Shown: piece by piece, positions 46,954 to 59,661 of the stretch
How the letters are laid out: every line of letters starts with the position of its first letter
Numbering within the stretch: the stretch's first letter is position 1
NCBI GenBank assembly: GCA_017654855.1
Contig: CM030335.1
Location: 2,046,001 to 2,110,000 of the forward strand
DNA length: 64,000 bases
DNA from: Podospora anserina
Lineage: Eukaryota
Direction of reading: 5' to 3'
Program-made: the position numbers and the translations under genes
The notes under the pieces: model-generated
What the model was told of the DNA's origin: nothing
The model's input: only the letters and a program-made list of their open reading frames with translations
Database searches by the model: none

Positions 46954-48357
46954 CTAGAACCCCTCGATCCGACTCCCCACGCCCTTCTCCCCAGCAAACC
47001 TCACAATCTCCATCCCCACACTCAAATCCATCAGCCCCAAGCCCACACTCTTGTAAATGACATTCCCTTCCGCAAGCCACTTGGCCAGTTTCCGGTGATC
47101 CTTATCCTGCTCCTCGCCCTTCTCCCCAACCTCTTGTTTGTTATTCTCCTTCTCATCCCTGTGATGCCGATGGTGACGGTGCTCGTGATAATCATTAAGC
47201 ATCACCAGCTCGCCCAACCTATTTCCACATTAGCAGTGCTCAACTATGACAAACAAAAAAACAAACATACTCAACCAACATCTCGGGCCTGCACCCCGCC
47301 CGAATCAACTCCCCCGCCTCCTTCAACGCCCCATCCAACGTATCAACAACCACAACCCCCCCCTCCTCGGCATGCTTATGCCAATGCCAGTGATGCTTCC
47401 CCCCCACCCCGTGATGATGCCTCTTCAACGCCTGCTGTATCACCTCCTGCGGAATCTCCTGCATATCCGGCTTATAACTCCCAATAGCCACAATCAACCT
47501 CCCCTTCTGCCTCCCCTCATGACTGGTCAGAATCCCCCCATCCCACAGCGGTTTTGTGCTCGGAGTACAACAGATAATCACATCTGACTCCAGCAATTGC
47601 TCCTTCAGCAACCTCTCATACTCATTATGCGCCGGCGTCAAAACCGAAAACTGGGTGTTTTCCCAGCCTTCCTTCTCCCTGTTTGGACATGTCAAAAACG
47701 ACTTGAGGAGGGAGGACACCGGCGGCGAGAACGACCGGGACAAAATGTTGACCTGGTGGATATGCTGCCCCAGCAAAAGCAAAGAGAGCCGGATATGCCA
47801 GTACGCCTGGGCACCAGTCCCAAAAACGGTAATGGTTTTCAAATGGGACGAGGGGTCTCGCTTCGAGATGAGCAGCAGGGAAGCCAACGCGGTGCGAAAG
47901 GCCGTCAGAGTAGAGGCGTGGAGGAATCCAAGGGGCGTGCCGTGAGGTGAGAACAACGTTATCGCGCCGGTGGGTTTGATGTTTTCCTTTGGGCGTGCGT
48001 CTTCATCCCCTTCGGCAGAAGGGGAGGTCAACGTGACGACTACATCGCATTAGCATAAACCCCCTGACAAGTAGAACCAGGGGCTGGAATACCTTTCATC
48101 CCCGTCCCGACAGAGCTAGAACTCGGCATGAACAACGTCGTGGCCCCGGTGGCCTTGCTGTTTATCGACGTCCTCTCCGGCTGGTGGATCTCCGGGGCGG
48201 CGGTGGCGGCAGCATTTTCTTTAGAGGGGACAGTCGTGGCGGTTGAATACTCGTGCAACGCCCCTCTCAAAACCCCCATAAACCTCTGGAGCTCTTCCTT
48301 GGTCAAGTTGGAGACCAGCCCCGAGATCTGGTCGTCGGTTAACACGGTGAGAGTCAT
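46954..48357 (-). CDS. Ornithine cyclodeaminase/mu-crystallin family protein (PrnX-like). Introns 48092..48040 and 47270..47219
   Basis: TLFMPS, K|VVT, LTAFRTALAS, VFGTGAQAYWH, CCTPS, AIGSY, EAGEL, YKSVGLGLMDL. Confidence 0.87.
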
Positions 48358-49297
48358 TTCTTTCTCCCTCTCTCCCTCGGTGTCTGTCGATCAACTGCTA
48401 TTCTTGGAAACTCAAACCCAACTATTCTGAAACCCCGAAGCTCCCGGCGTCGGTGTGTTCGGAGCAAAAGTCTCGCTCGGGAGAAAAGGCTGCAAGTGAA
48501 CTTGGTCGGTGGAGGGATAGAGCCGGCTCGACCAGGTACAAGCGGAGGTCTTGGCGCCCGTTGACAGAAAGCTTGGCTCTGGCTTCGTTCAATGAAGTTC
48601 TCGTAGAGGAGTGGAATCTCTCGATGAATTGTGGTTGAATTTGAGTGTTTTGGCGCAGTATCAGAGCCGATTGGGCAAGTGATGATGATGATGATATCAA
48701 AGCAAAAAGAAAAACCCCAACTGCATATATGCAATACCACCATCCTCCCGTGCCTTCATCCTCATGTCAACCACACACAATCCCCACTTCTTCCCGTTCC
48801 CGCTTTCCCCACAAGTTTGTTTCCGACGTCACCTCCTTGAAAGAAGCTGCTCGTCATCTTCAGTTGGGAAACTAGCAATAATCAGACGGCAGAAGCGGGT
48901 GCTACGAGCTCAGGCTCGGGCTCGGGCTCGGGCATGTCAAGGCGGTATTCTGCAAAGGGCATCAGTTATTAGCAGCCAGATCGACTTGAAGTTGGTCCCA
49001 AGCAGTCAAATCAACAGCAAATTCAAGAGCTCGACGCAAGACGCATGATAACTATCCCATCAACGGATACCAAAAACCATAAAAGCAGCTAAACTGACAA
49101 AAAGCAATGCATATAACAATATCAAATGAAGCTACCGTCCTAGCAATGCAGTCCATCCCATCCCAGTGCCAACTCCTTTTCAACTCCCAATACCAATGAA
49201 CCAAATAAACAAAAAAAAAAAAAAAAAAAAACCAAACATCGCCATGAACGACGGCCCCAGAGACCTAAAAGCAAACTAAACACCACCAAACACCTCC

Positions 49298-50123
49298 TCA
49301 TTTAACACTCATCTCCCCCCTCCCCCCCCTAAAAACAATCTGCGCATGCCTTCCCCTGACCACATCCTCCTGCCCATCCAACCCCAGTCCCCCCCTCCCC
49401 TTCGTCCCCAACCCCAAATCCCTAATCCTCCCACACCCAATCTCAAACAAACACCCATGCACCTGCAACCCCCGCTCCTCGATCGCCTCCCTCACCGTCA
49501 CATTCGCCATCAAGACATTGACCCCCGCCTCAACATTCAACTCCGCAATCTTGGTCCCCCTAGCCCTCTCATCCTTCATCGCATCCAGCACCTCCTTATT
49601 AGCATACCTCACCGCCCTCAACGGCGCAAGCCACGTATCCAGCACCCCCCCAACCCTGGAGTCGCCCAGGGCAGCAGCGGCACCGCCGCAGGAAGTGTGC
49701 CCGCATAAAACGACATGCTTGACCTTGAGGTGGGCAACCGCGTATTCGATCACGGCCGAGGTGTTGATGTCGGTTGGGGCGATGATGTTGGCTATGTTGC
49801 GGTGGACGAAGACGTCGCCGGGTTGGAGGCCTAGGATTGTGGTTTCCGGGCAGCGGGAGTCGGAGCAGCCTAGCCAGACTGGTGGGAGTCTGTTAGCTTG
49901 AGGACTGTTTGAGAGAGGGGAAAATGGCTTACGGATCTGGGGTGTTTGCCCGTCTGCGAGCTTGGGGAAGAAGTGGGGGTTTTGGTGGGATTTGTACCCG
50001 GCCCAGGCGTTGTTGGAGCTGAGGGCGTAGAGGAAGTGGTCGTCTGGGTGGAGGGGCATGTTAGTTGGCTGCTTTTCAAGGATGTGAAAAGGGAATATCG
50101 ACGAGGTTTCGCTTACCCTCCAT
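49298..50123 (-). CDS. Beta-class carbonic anhydrase. 7-nt first coding exon 50123..50117; introns 50116..50044 and 49932..49879
   Basis: GQTPQI|LWLGCSDSR, GDVFVHRNIAN, IEYAV..L.V, CGHTSCGG zinc ligands. Confidence 0.93.
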
Positions 50124-51922
50124 CGTTTTATTCGTTGAAGATATATGTAAGTGATGTAAGTAAGTAAGTCGGTGGTGTAGGAAGTAAGGTAGGTAGCTCC
50201 TGCTGTGCTACTGCTCAGAGAAAGAGATTGGAGAAAACAAGTCGAAACCTAAAATCAGGAAGGATGGTTCCCAGAATATAAAACAAGAGTCCAGTTGGCA
50301 GCGCGCGATTTTTGTCGTGTAAGTCGGGTCGTCCGGGGATTGTGGTCAGGTACACAAAGTGTATGTTGGGGGGGTGGGCTGAGAGTGAAAGGTCCAAGTC
50401 AGGGAAGTCAGGTTCAAGTCAGACGATGGAATGAGGGGGGGAGGGGGAGGGAAAGCAAAGGCCTTCCCACCCGGTATTTTATATGTAGCCAACCGTCAAG
50501 TATAACCTTACCACTTCCCCCCTCTCCCTCGAATCAGTCCCCCTGCCCCCTAACTCGGATTAGCTTCCCTCTCTTCGTCGGGATGGACCGAACTCAGATC
50601 CCCCTTCCCCCTCTCCCCTCCCCAAAAGTCCGTGTGATCGTGTCGCCAGCTTAAGCAGCCGCACCCGCAACTCGAGGTCACAGCTCGCCTACCTTTTCCC
50701 CCCTGGCTCGGTTCATCCCAACCTTGCAAAAGGAAAGGGGAGGGGAGGATTTTCCAAGCAAAGCAATATCCCCAGGTTTCAACCGCATCTGGCGCCAGCT
50801 CCCTCCTGCTGACCTTGTTCCCCCCAGTAAAACCATCCCTCCCAGTGTGTCATCGCTCCCTTTCAGCTCCCCCTCCTTTTCTCCGCCAGCGTAGTTCCAT
50901 CCCACGTTCACCAACAAACCAGCCTTGTAGGTAACCGACCGATCCGGGGATAGAGGATACGCCGCACAGACCAAAAAATGGTTGAGTGCAACCATCCCAT
51001 GGCCAGACAAGCCTCACTCCGCCATCCCGCGGGGGTTGCAAACAAGCCCCGAGCAGTTCGAACAGACCCCCTCTTGGCACTGTCAAGCTTAACCTCCTCC
51101 CCTCCAAATCTGAAATCGAACATGAAACTCTGCCATTTCCTCCATCATGGGCAAAGCACAACAACAGCATCTCCTTCTTTATCGCCAATTCCCCCTCCCC
51201 CGCAAAGTTGAAACATGAAGCTACAGTCAAAGAGTCTAAGCTATCCATTCCCCAGCCATCAGCTCCTTCATTACTCCAAGCATCTCCAAGCTTCCGGGAA
51301 CAGGACGGGGTAAACTGTGACAGTTTTAGTCGAGGTCTAGAGATATCTACAGCAACTGATTGGACACAACGCGCTGAAACTCTATCCCTATCAACTGTTG
51401 GCCGAAGCACAATAAGAAAGGCTGGCTGAACCTGCCGTGCAGCCGGACATGTCACGGCAAAAAAACAGAATGATGGACGCGGTGAGACACGGAGTTCATC
51501 CCGCGGGGGTCAGTTCCATGGAATACTTCTTCCCGGGTCTGTCGATCCTTCACTGGTGTTGCATAACATACACAGCTATCACGGCCAAGTCTTCGAAACA
51601 CCAAACACTGAGCCAATCCTGCCGCCGAGAGCAGTCGCAGCCGGGACGTTACTAGTACCCAACTCTGTGATCCCCCACATCTGCGGCACCAGGAGCTCAT
51701 TCACCCCCCTTCACCACCAAGGACCCAGCACAGTGAACAGTGTTTAGAAGACTTTCGCATTAAGGGGGGTATCAAGCAATCCATTCGTGTCCCATCCGAA
51801 GAAACAATTCATTATCCGCATCTTGGCGGAAGCAAGGCTGTTTATTTCACCCTGATCTGGTTTTGGTAGTCCCGTACGCCATTCGTAAGTGCAACAACGC
51901 CCAATCGACCTTTTATGCTTCC

Positions 51923-53079
51923 TTAAACCTTGATGGCGTTGGCAAGAGCCTTCTCGCGCTTGGCGATACGCTGCTGGGCCTTGTAACCCATGATGCCACC
52001 ACCCCACTTCTTGCGGGCATCCTCGTTCTTCTCGAGGTAACCCTCCTTGATGGCGGAGACGAGCTTGGAGAACTCGTTCTTGTCCTCGGAGCGGACCTCG
52101 GTAAGGGCGAGGACGGCAGCGGTCTAAATAGCAGTCAGAAAAGAGTTTGGTGAAAAAAAAAACAAAAAAAACATACCTTCTTGTGGACGACAGTGCCGAG
52201 TCTGGCCTTGCCCTTGATGATGGCATAGGGGACACCCATCTTGCGGCAGAGGGCGGGGAGGAAGATGACGAGCTCAATGGGGTCGACATCGTTGGGGATG
52301 AGGACAAGAGAAGCCTTCTTGTTCTCAATGAGGCCGACGACGTGGTTGAGACCGTACTTGACGGCGTAGGGCTTCTTGGAGACGTCCTCCTTCTTCTTGC
52401 CCTCCTTGATGGCGGTGGCCTCCTTGAGGAGACGCTCCTTCTTCTCGACCTTGGTCTCAGGGCGGTACTTGTTGAGGAGCTTGAAAGCCTGGGCAGCGGT
52501 GTTCTTGTCGAGAACCTGCTGGAACTGGGCGATCGCAGGGGGGACCTTCAGGCGGAGGTTGAGGATCTTCTTCTGGCGCTGGAGACGGATGTACTCGGGC
52601 CACTTGACCATGCGCGAGAGGTTGCGCTTGGGCTGGATGTCCTGGCCGATACCGAAGTTGCGAGAACGCTTCTCAAGGAGAGGGTTCTAACTGCGTGTCA
52701 GCGCGTTCAACAGGTTGCGATCGATCAAGAAGACGGGACTAACCTTGGGGGCCTTCTTGCCAGCCTTTCCCTGGGGGAAGGGGGCGGGGGCGGTTCTCTT
52801 TCCAGACTTGGGAGGCTATCATTGAGAAGAAGACATCAGCTAATGTTCGACATTGACTGGTGGTCTTCTAGAACTCTAAAGAGCGGACGGGCGAGAGGCG
52901 TTCCCAGCCAAACACCACGATCCAGCTCAAGCCATATCATCACCTGCGGTCTTGCGACCAGCAGGCGGAAATATCCATGCGACTCAATAAATCGAGCGCA
53001 GAATTGATAGCAGTAGCAGGTGCGCATCCGAAGATGGCACCGCCATGCCTATGTCTCAACCAGCAAATATGCTTACCAT
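51923..53079 (-). CDS. RPL8: 60S ribosomal protein L7a/eL8. Exons 53079..53077 (ATG only), 52815..52744, 52686..52177, 52123..51923
   Basis: [63 protein letters not shown]. Confidence 0.96.
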
Positions 53080-53478
53080 TTTGTCGTTGGGCGTTGGCTC
53101 TGTACCGGGAGCTTGTCGATGAGAAGAAGTCTGGAGAAAAGAAATTTTGGCGGAGCTTGCAATAGAAAAAGAGGATTGTGGATTGATGAAAAAAAGCTCG
53201 GGCCACTAGTAGGGTTCAGTGGGGCAGATTGCTGAGAGCCAGTGCGCCAACCAAGTGTGGGGCAGCTGGTGGAAGATCTAGGCTCACCCCACCCGTAGAC
53301 TGACCTTGGCATCAAGTTCGGGCCTTTGACTCAAGGTTGGAGTGAGAACTTGTAGTATGAGTTTGATACCTCAAGTTCGACATTCACATATTCAGTTCTT
53401 GAAGGACTAGTCACTCAATACTAGAGCACAACACTTTAGGAACCCTTCCAGTTCAACAGAAACCAGACAAAGCCCAGC

Positions 53479-54690
53479 ATGGCGCCATCACTATGTGCCA
53501 TCTGCAAGACCGAAAGGGCATACATCAAGCGACCCAAGAACCACGCAAAGCTCTGCCGAGAGTGCTTCATCAGAGTTTTCGAGGACGAAATCCACCACAC
53601 CATCACATCATCCAAATTATTCTACCCCGGAGAGAAAGTTGCCATTGGAGCCTCCGGTGGCAAGGATTCGACAGTCTTGGCCTCCGTTCTCAAGACACTC
53701 AACGAACGACATGGATACGGACTAGATCTTGTCTTACTGAGCATAGACGAGGGCATCACCGGCTACCGAGACGACTCCCTCCAAACAGTCAAGAACAATG
53801 CCGTCCAATACGGCATGCCCCTGACAATAGTCGGATACAAAGAGCTATACGACTGGACCATGGACGAGGTCGTCCAGACCATCGGCAAAAAGGGGAACTG
53901 CACCTACTGCGGTGTCTTTCGACGGCAGGCTCTCGACAGGGGCGCAAAGATGTTAGGGATCAAGCATGTTGTCACCGGGCACAATGCAGACGATGTGGCC
54001 GAGACGGTCATGATGAACCTGCTGCGCGCGGACCTGTCGCGTCTCTCGCGAAGCACCAGTATTGTGACAGGAGACAATAGGTCTGAGGTGAAGAGAAGCA
54101 AGCCACTCAAGTACGCATACGAGAAGGAGATTGTGCTGTATGCCTTCCACAAGAAGCTCGAGTACTTCAGCACCGAGTGTATCTACAGTCCCGAGGCCTT
54201 CCGTGGAAGCGCCCGGGGTCTCATCAAGCAGCTGGAAAAAGTACGACCAAGCGCTATCCTGGATATTGTACGAAGTGGAGAGGACATGGCAAGATTGGTG
54301 CCCGGAGAGTCACCATCATTTTGCGGGTGCAAAGGACAGAAAGCGCAAGCACCTGTGGCCGCTGCTGTGGAAGAGGGCATAGGTGGTTGCGGGTCAACGA
54401 ACGGCCGCACTCCAGGAGGTGAAATGGCCGCCTTGGATAAGCAGCTCAGGGAGAACGAAGAGTACGCAGAGCTAGAGGTCGACGTCACAAAGACAATACC
54501 CAAGCCAAAGCAAGGAGAGAAGGAGACACAAAAGGAACTACCCATCAGAACTGCCAGTGCTCTATCAAAGGGAGGACGACAGGTTCTAGGACAGTGTAAG
54601 CGCTGCGGGTACATGTCAAGCCAGGAGATATGCCAAGCATGCACGCTCCTGGAGGGGCTGAACAAGAACCGGCCCCAGATACAGATTTAA
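53479..54690 (+). CDS. NCS6: Cytoplasmic tRNA 2-thiolation protein 1 (Ncs6/Ctu1)
   Basis: CxxC zinc motifs, [10 protein letters not shown]-loop, [36 protein letters not shown]. Confidence 0.95.
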   Translation: MAPSLCAICKTERAYIKRPKNHAKLCRECFIRVFEDEIHHTITSSKLFYPGEKVAIGASGGKDSTVLASVLKTLNERHGYGLDLVLLSIDEGITGYRDDSLQTVKNNAVQYGMPLTIVGYKELYDWTMDEVVQTIGKKGNCTYCGVFRRQALDRGAKMLGIKHVVTGHNADDVAETVMMNLLRADLSRLSRSTSIVTGDNRSEVKRSKPLKYAYEKEIVLYAFHKKLEYFSTECIYSPEAFRGSARGLIKQLEKVRPSAILDIVRSGEDMARLVPGESPSFCGCKGQKAQAPVAAAVEEGIGGCGSTNGRTPGGEMAALDKQLRENEEYAELEVDVTKTIPKPKQGEKETQKELPIRTASALSKGGRQVLGQCKRCGYMSSQEICQACTLLEGLNKNRPQIQI

Positions 54691-54819
54691 CATTTTGTAC
54701 ACCACCATGGTGTCGAAGAGGATCATGATAATGAGGTCGTTCGCGGTCTATCATATGTGCGCCCTCTTCTTTCGACACCAGTGCCTTCTTCTTCTTTACG
54801 CCGCCTCCATCCTTGTTGA

Positions 54820-55335
54820 TTAGGAGAAGCGTTTCTCGCCCTAGAAATTGTAAGCTTTTTGCGAGAAAGATGATTGTTGGGGAAGCACGTACTCTCCAAG
54901 GCTGATTGACTTCGAAGCCTGGCGGGGCTATGGCATTGTCTGTTTGCCCTCGCAAGACTCCTGTAAGTCGTCTGTCGCGGTCCATCACTGCGTTCGTATA
55001 TCGTTAGTATAGGTTCAAGAGCGGGACCTCTTTGTAGAGAAATATTGCTTCATACTTTGCTGTTGTAAAGAGAAACATGTTAGCTCGAGAACCAAAATCC
55101 AGCTAAACAAGGCGAACATACCCTGTCCCAGGTATCAAGGGACCATCTGTGCTTCTTTCCGCCACCGGCGTAGTGTCTGATTCCGCTCAGCCCAGCACCA
55201 GTCACGCCAAACATCTGTTCCCCCGTCCATCAGCATCTATGATCCTTCCTCATGTTTGGTGGGCGCATGAATTCGAGGAGCTCTTACGGCAGTGATGATG
55301 ACATAGGGAATGAGAGTCTCGAAGGGAACGGGCAT
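54820..55335 (-). CDS. NDUFA1: Complex I accessory subunit NDUFA1/MWFE (86 aa). Exons 55335..55288, 55214..55122, 55059..55056, 54987..54893, 54840..54820
   Basis: Spliced product MPVPFETLIPYVIITAMFGVTGAGLSGIRHYAGGGKKHRWSLDTWDRQMMDRDRRLTGVLRGQTD...; all introns GT-AG; total 261 nt in frame. Confidence 0.88.
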
Positions 55336-56226
55336 CGTGACGGTTGTGCGGCCTGTCAATCGAGTTAGTGATAATGTCACAGCAAATACAAAACAAGGGA
55401 GCATACCCGAAGCCTCTGTCCAATCTATGTGGTGGTGGTGTGGTGTCTGTAACTGCGCAACCTCGAAGCGCAAAGCCCAAGGTCCAGGTCTCTCGTCACG
55501 GCGATAGCGGTACTTGGACTGGGGCTCTCCCCAATTCCAATTGGCGAAGCTCTGAGTGGATGATTTCACTTTCTTGCCTCAGGCACCCAACCAATTCACT
55601 CGAAAGCTCGGACCACCTCTTCAAGGCTGCCAAGCACCAGACCCACCCTCAAATTCACTGACTAATCAGCCCAAACGCAACCTTGCATTGCAGCAAACCG
55701 GGGGGGTCCAACTCCAGTAGCCAGCAACCTGAATACTTTCGCGATCAACCCAGGCAGAACTTCGACTCGCTCCAGAACCACATCCACAACCATTGACGGC
55801 CAGCAACTGCCATTTTCACGCGTCTCTACCCCAGAGCGTCTCCATAGAAGCCAAAAATAATCATATCCCTGCCGAATTCCACCTTCCTCCGCGCGTTCAA
55901 CACCCCAAAGCCTTGACCCACGAATCGAACTCAACTTTTTTGTTTTTTGTTTTTGCATGCCTCGCGGCGCGGCGCATATAAAACCGAGATATATTCCCTG
56001 CGAGATATCCAGTCGGTGGTGATTGTTCCCCCCGAACGATGCGCCGGGTGTTATAGCCGCCGAAGATCGGAATCATCACGCAAAAGACCGAGGTGACCTG
56101 GCTGGCTGGCATGCGCCGCGGGTGGTGAATACAACTTGGCGGGTGTGGGCTTCACCGAGATCTCTTGTTTAGGGGAAGCAGGAGCCTGAGATCAACCGAG
56201 GGGGAAAAATAAGAGACGGGATCATA

Positions 56227-59200
56227 ATGGCCGAGGCTCAGCTCATGCAGGAGCAGCTACAACTGAGCGTCATGCAGTCAGAGCGTGAGGCTGAACTCGC
56301 CGCAGATGGGGATGTGATCATGGGGGAGGATATCAGTGCGGCCGCTTCTCAGAGTCAGATTGACGTTGGGAGTCTGGCGGGTGAGCATTACGAGGATGCG
56401 GAGATGGATATGGATGCCGATGGGGAGCCTGACGACGGCGGGGAGGAACACGACGATCACAGCAGTGCCCAACACAGCGACTCGGAGCAGGAAGAGGATG
56501 GGGTTTTCGAGGAGGATGCCGAGGAGGAAGAGGATAATGAGGTTGTTCCTGCCAGAGGTCGCCAGTCGCGACGAGGGAGCAAGGGGAGGACAATAAGGGA
56601 TGAGGATGCTGAAGAGGACGAGGACGAGGAAGATGATGAGGGTGTCGGGGCGGTCAAGATCAAGCCTGGCGAGACAGATGATGAGTCGGATAGTGCCCAC
56701 TCTGCGGATTCTGCCAGTGTCAGTGACAATGACTCTGATGCTGGTGCCGAGGAGGAGTGGGAGCCCGCGAATAATGATGAAGCGGAGGAGGATGAGGATG
56801 AGACTGATGACGGACACTGCATCTTCTGTAAGCAGAGTGAAGAAAACGATCCGGCAGAAGAGTTTGAGGTGTATTTGGCTTGCACCAGGTGTCAGGACAA
56901 CGGTTAGTGAACTCCCTGGCTATGAGTCGTTGTTTGCCATCTACTGACAACCAGTTGTGCAGCTCACCAACAATGTGCCCGTGACAGCAAGGCATTGGAT
57001 GGCGAAACGAGTAGGTGGTCTACGAATACATCGTGTAGAACCGTGCTGACAACAGCTGCAGGTCCTGAGAGCTGGAAGTGCCCCAAGTGCGCAGACACTG
57101 AATCAGAATCCGACGCCCATAACGAAGAAGATGTCGAGATGGATGGCATCACTGACACCAGTGCTCCTCCATCTGCCCGGCGTGCACATGCGCCAAAACT
57201 AGCGAGGGACCTGCTTCCGTCACAAAAGGGCGCTGTCAAGCCGGAATCACACTCTGTCTTCAACCAACTCGTCCTCGACGAGGATCCTATGGACGGATCG
57301 CGCGTGCTTAGAAAGCGGAAAACATCATCGATCGAGCCTGACGAGCACGTTATGGCCCTGCGAAAGAGGCGTCGGACAACAACAGAGGAGGCGAGCAACG
57401 AGGAAGCCTCAGTCGGCAGGGAAGGATCATCTAGACCAGTGTCGCGATCTTTACGGCTCAAGATTTTACAGAGCTCCGGTCCTGCTTCTGTCACGAAGAA
57501 GACACGGAACAGCATCATCGTCAAGATGCGCGTGAATGCGGTGGAACTCGCTCGGATCTCATCTGAAAAGCCCAAGGGCCTTAAGAAACGACCTAATAGA
57601 TCTAATAGGTCGGGGAGATCGGGAAGATCGGCAAGGCGACCATCTAGAAATGACGGGCCTCGCGGTGCTGGGGCGGTCCAAGTCCCAATAGCCACTCCGT
57701 TTACTAGCACGAGCTACTCTCAGCCATTTTACTCTTTCTACGATAGGGAGACGGACGAGCTAAAGGGCAAACCATATGGTGGCATCTTGACCGAACCCGA
57801 AGCCGACACGTCCAAAACGATGCCGGCACCCGAAGACCGACGTCGCTTCGACGAGGCAAAGCAAAAGGCCGAAGAAGAATGGAGACAGAGGCTGCTGCAG
57901 GTGCAAGCCGAGACTGAAGTGCCGAGCAAAAAGTCTAAGAAGGCGTCGGGCCCGGCCAGCCAGATCGAGTGCATCCAGTTTGGAGGCTGGGAGATCGACA
58001 CGTGGTACGCGGCGCCGTATCCCGAGGAGTACAGCAGGAACCGGATTCTTTACATTTGTCAGTTTTGCCTCAAGTACATGAACTCGGACTATGTCACCTC
58101 GAGGCACAAGCTCAAGTGTCCGGCGAAGCACCCTCCTGGGGATGAGATTTACCGGCACGGGTCAATTTCAGTCTTTGAGGTTGATGGACGCAAGAATCCG
58201 GTTTACTGCCAAAACCTCTGCCTGCTCGCCAAGCTGTTTTTGGGATCCAAGACGCTTTACTACGACGTGGAGCCGTTTTTGTTTTATGTCCTCTGCGAGT
58301 ATGATGATTTGGGGTATCATTTTGTGGGGTACTTTTCAAAGGAGAAGCGGGCGAGCAGTCAGAACAATGTTTCTTGCATTCTGACGCTGCCGATTCACCA
58401 GCGGAAGGGGTATGGGAATTTGCTGATTGACTTTTCGTATCTTTTGACGAGGGTTGAGCAAAAGACGGGGTCGCCGGAGAAGCCGCTTTCGGACATGGGG
58501 TTGGTGTCATATAGGAATTATTGGAGGTTGATCATGTGCAAGTATTTTGTACAGCAGCGGGAGGAGAAGGGGTTGAGCATCAAGAAGATTTCGGATGATA
58601 CAGGGCTGACGGCGGATGATGTTGTTTCGGCGTTGGAGGGGTTGAGGTGTTTGGTTAAGGATCCGGTGACGGGGCTTTATGCGTTTAGAGTTGATTTGGG
58701 GTTTTGTAGGGAGTATGTGGAGAAGTGGGAGGGGAAGGGGTATGTGCAGTTGAACGAGAAGGCGCTGACTTGGACGCCGTATGTGATGGGGAGGAGCAAT
58801 GCGACGAATTTTGAGTTGGGGCCGGCGTTGACGGCTATTGCGCCGAGGGAGGAGGAGGAGGACCACCAGGGGCAGAAACCGATTGTTGCTGGGGGCGGTT
58901 TGGTCAATGGGAATGGGTCGTTTACTACGCAGTCGGAAGGTGGGGCGGGACAAGATGTCAAGCCGCCGCCGGTTGAAGGTCATGTTCTTGAGTCTACGGA
59001 GTCGTCGACGGGGGAGTCGAATGGTTCTGCCGAGGTCAAGCCTGCGGAAGATGCAAACGGGGAGTTGGAGGATGAACCGCAAAGCGAAGATAACAAGAAC
59101 TTCCCTGGCTACTACGACGAGAACCCCCAACAGGCCGAAGCCGATGTGGAAGAAGGCCCGCAACAAGAGCAAGACCCCGAACCCAAACAAGATCCTAGCG

Positions 59201-59661
59201 ATTGGATGTCCCAATACATTGGCATTCCTCCCTCTCGATTCGAAGTCGTCCCACCGCTTAACCCCAGACGAACAGACCGTTCTAGAGCTGTGGTCTCCCG
59301 GCCCCCGGTTGTCAGGACGGCAAGCAGCGCTGCGAGGCCAAGGCCAAAACGGTCAGGGGGAAGTGCGAGACGTCCTGCTGCTGCTAGGCCGAGGGCTAGC
59401 TCGAGTGCGAATAATAAGAGGAAGCCGGGTGGTACGGGCAGGGGGCCGGGAAGGTGGCCCAAGGGGACGAAGAAGAGTGATTATGGGAATGCGGATAGTG
59501 GGCCGGGGTTGCCGCCGGGGTGGATTGCGGAGCGGCAGAAGGAGGGTGGGGAGGGGGTGATGGATACGGTTCAGGTGCAGAGTCCTGGGGGAAGGGGAAA
59601 GGGGATCGATTTGGTGATGAGTGATGTGGTTGTTGATGGGGGCGGGGAAGGGGAGGAGTGA
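56227..59661 (+). CDS. SAS3: MYST histone acetyltransferase (Sas3-like) with PHD finger. Introns 56903..56962 and 57011..57061
   Basis: C4HC3 PHD across the introns, KPYGGIL, TWYAAPYPEEY, CQFCLKY, HPPGDEIYR, QRKGYG, GSPEKPLSD. Confidence 0.9.

Noticed and set aside
50850-51455. 201-aa (-) and 147-aa (+) overlapping ORFs between carbonic anhydrase and RPL8
   Set aside because: No motifs or convincing codon bias; probably intergenic
52836-52943. C-box (GTGATGA) and D-box (CTGA) on the - strand in RPL8 intron 1, a possible snoRNA
   Set aside because: The D-box coincides with the likely branch site; no terminal stem or recognisable rRNA guide
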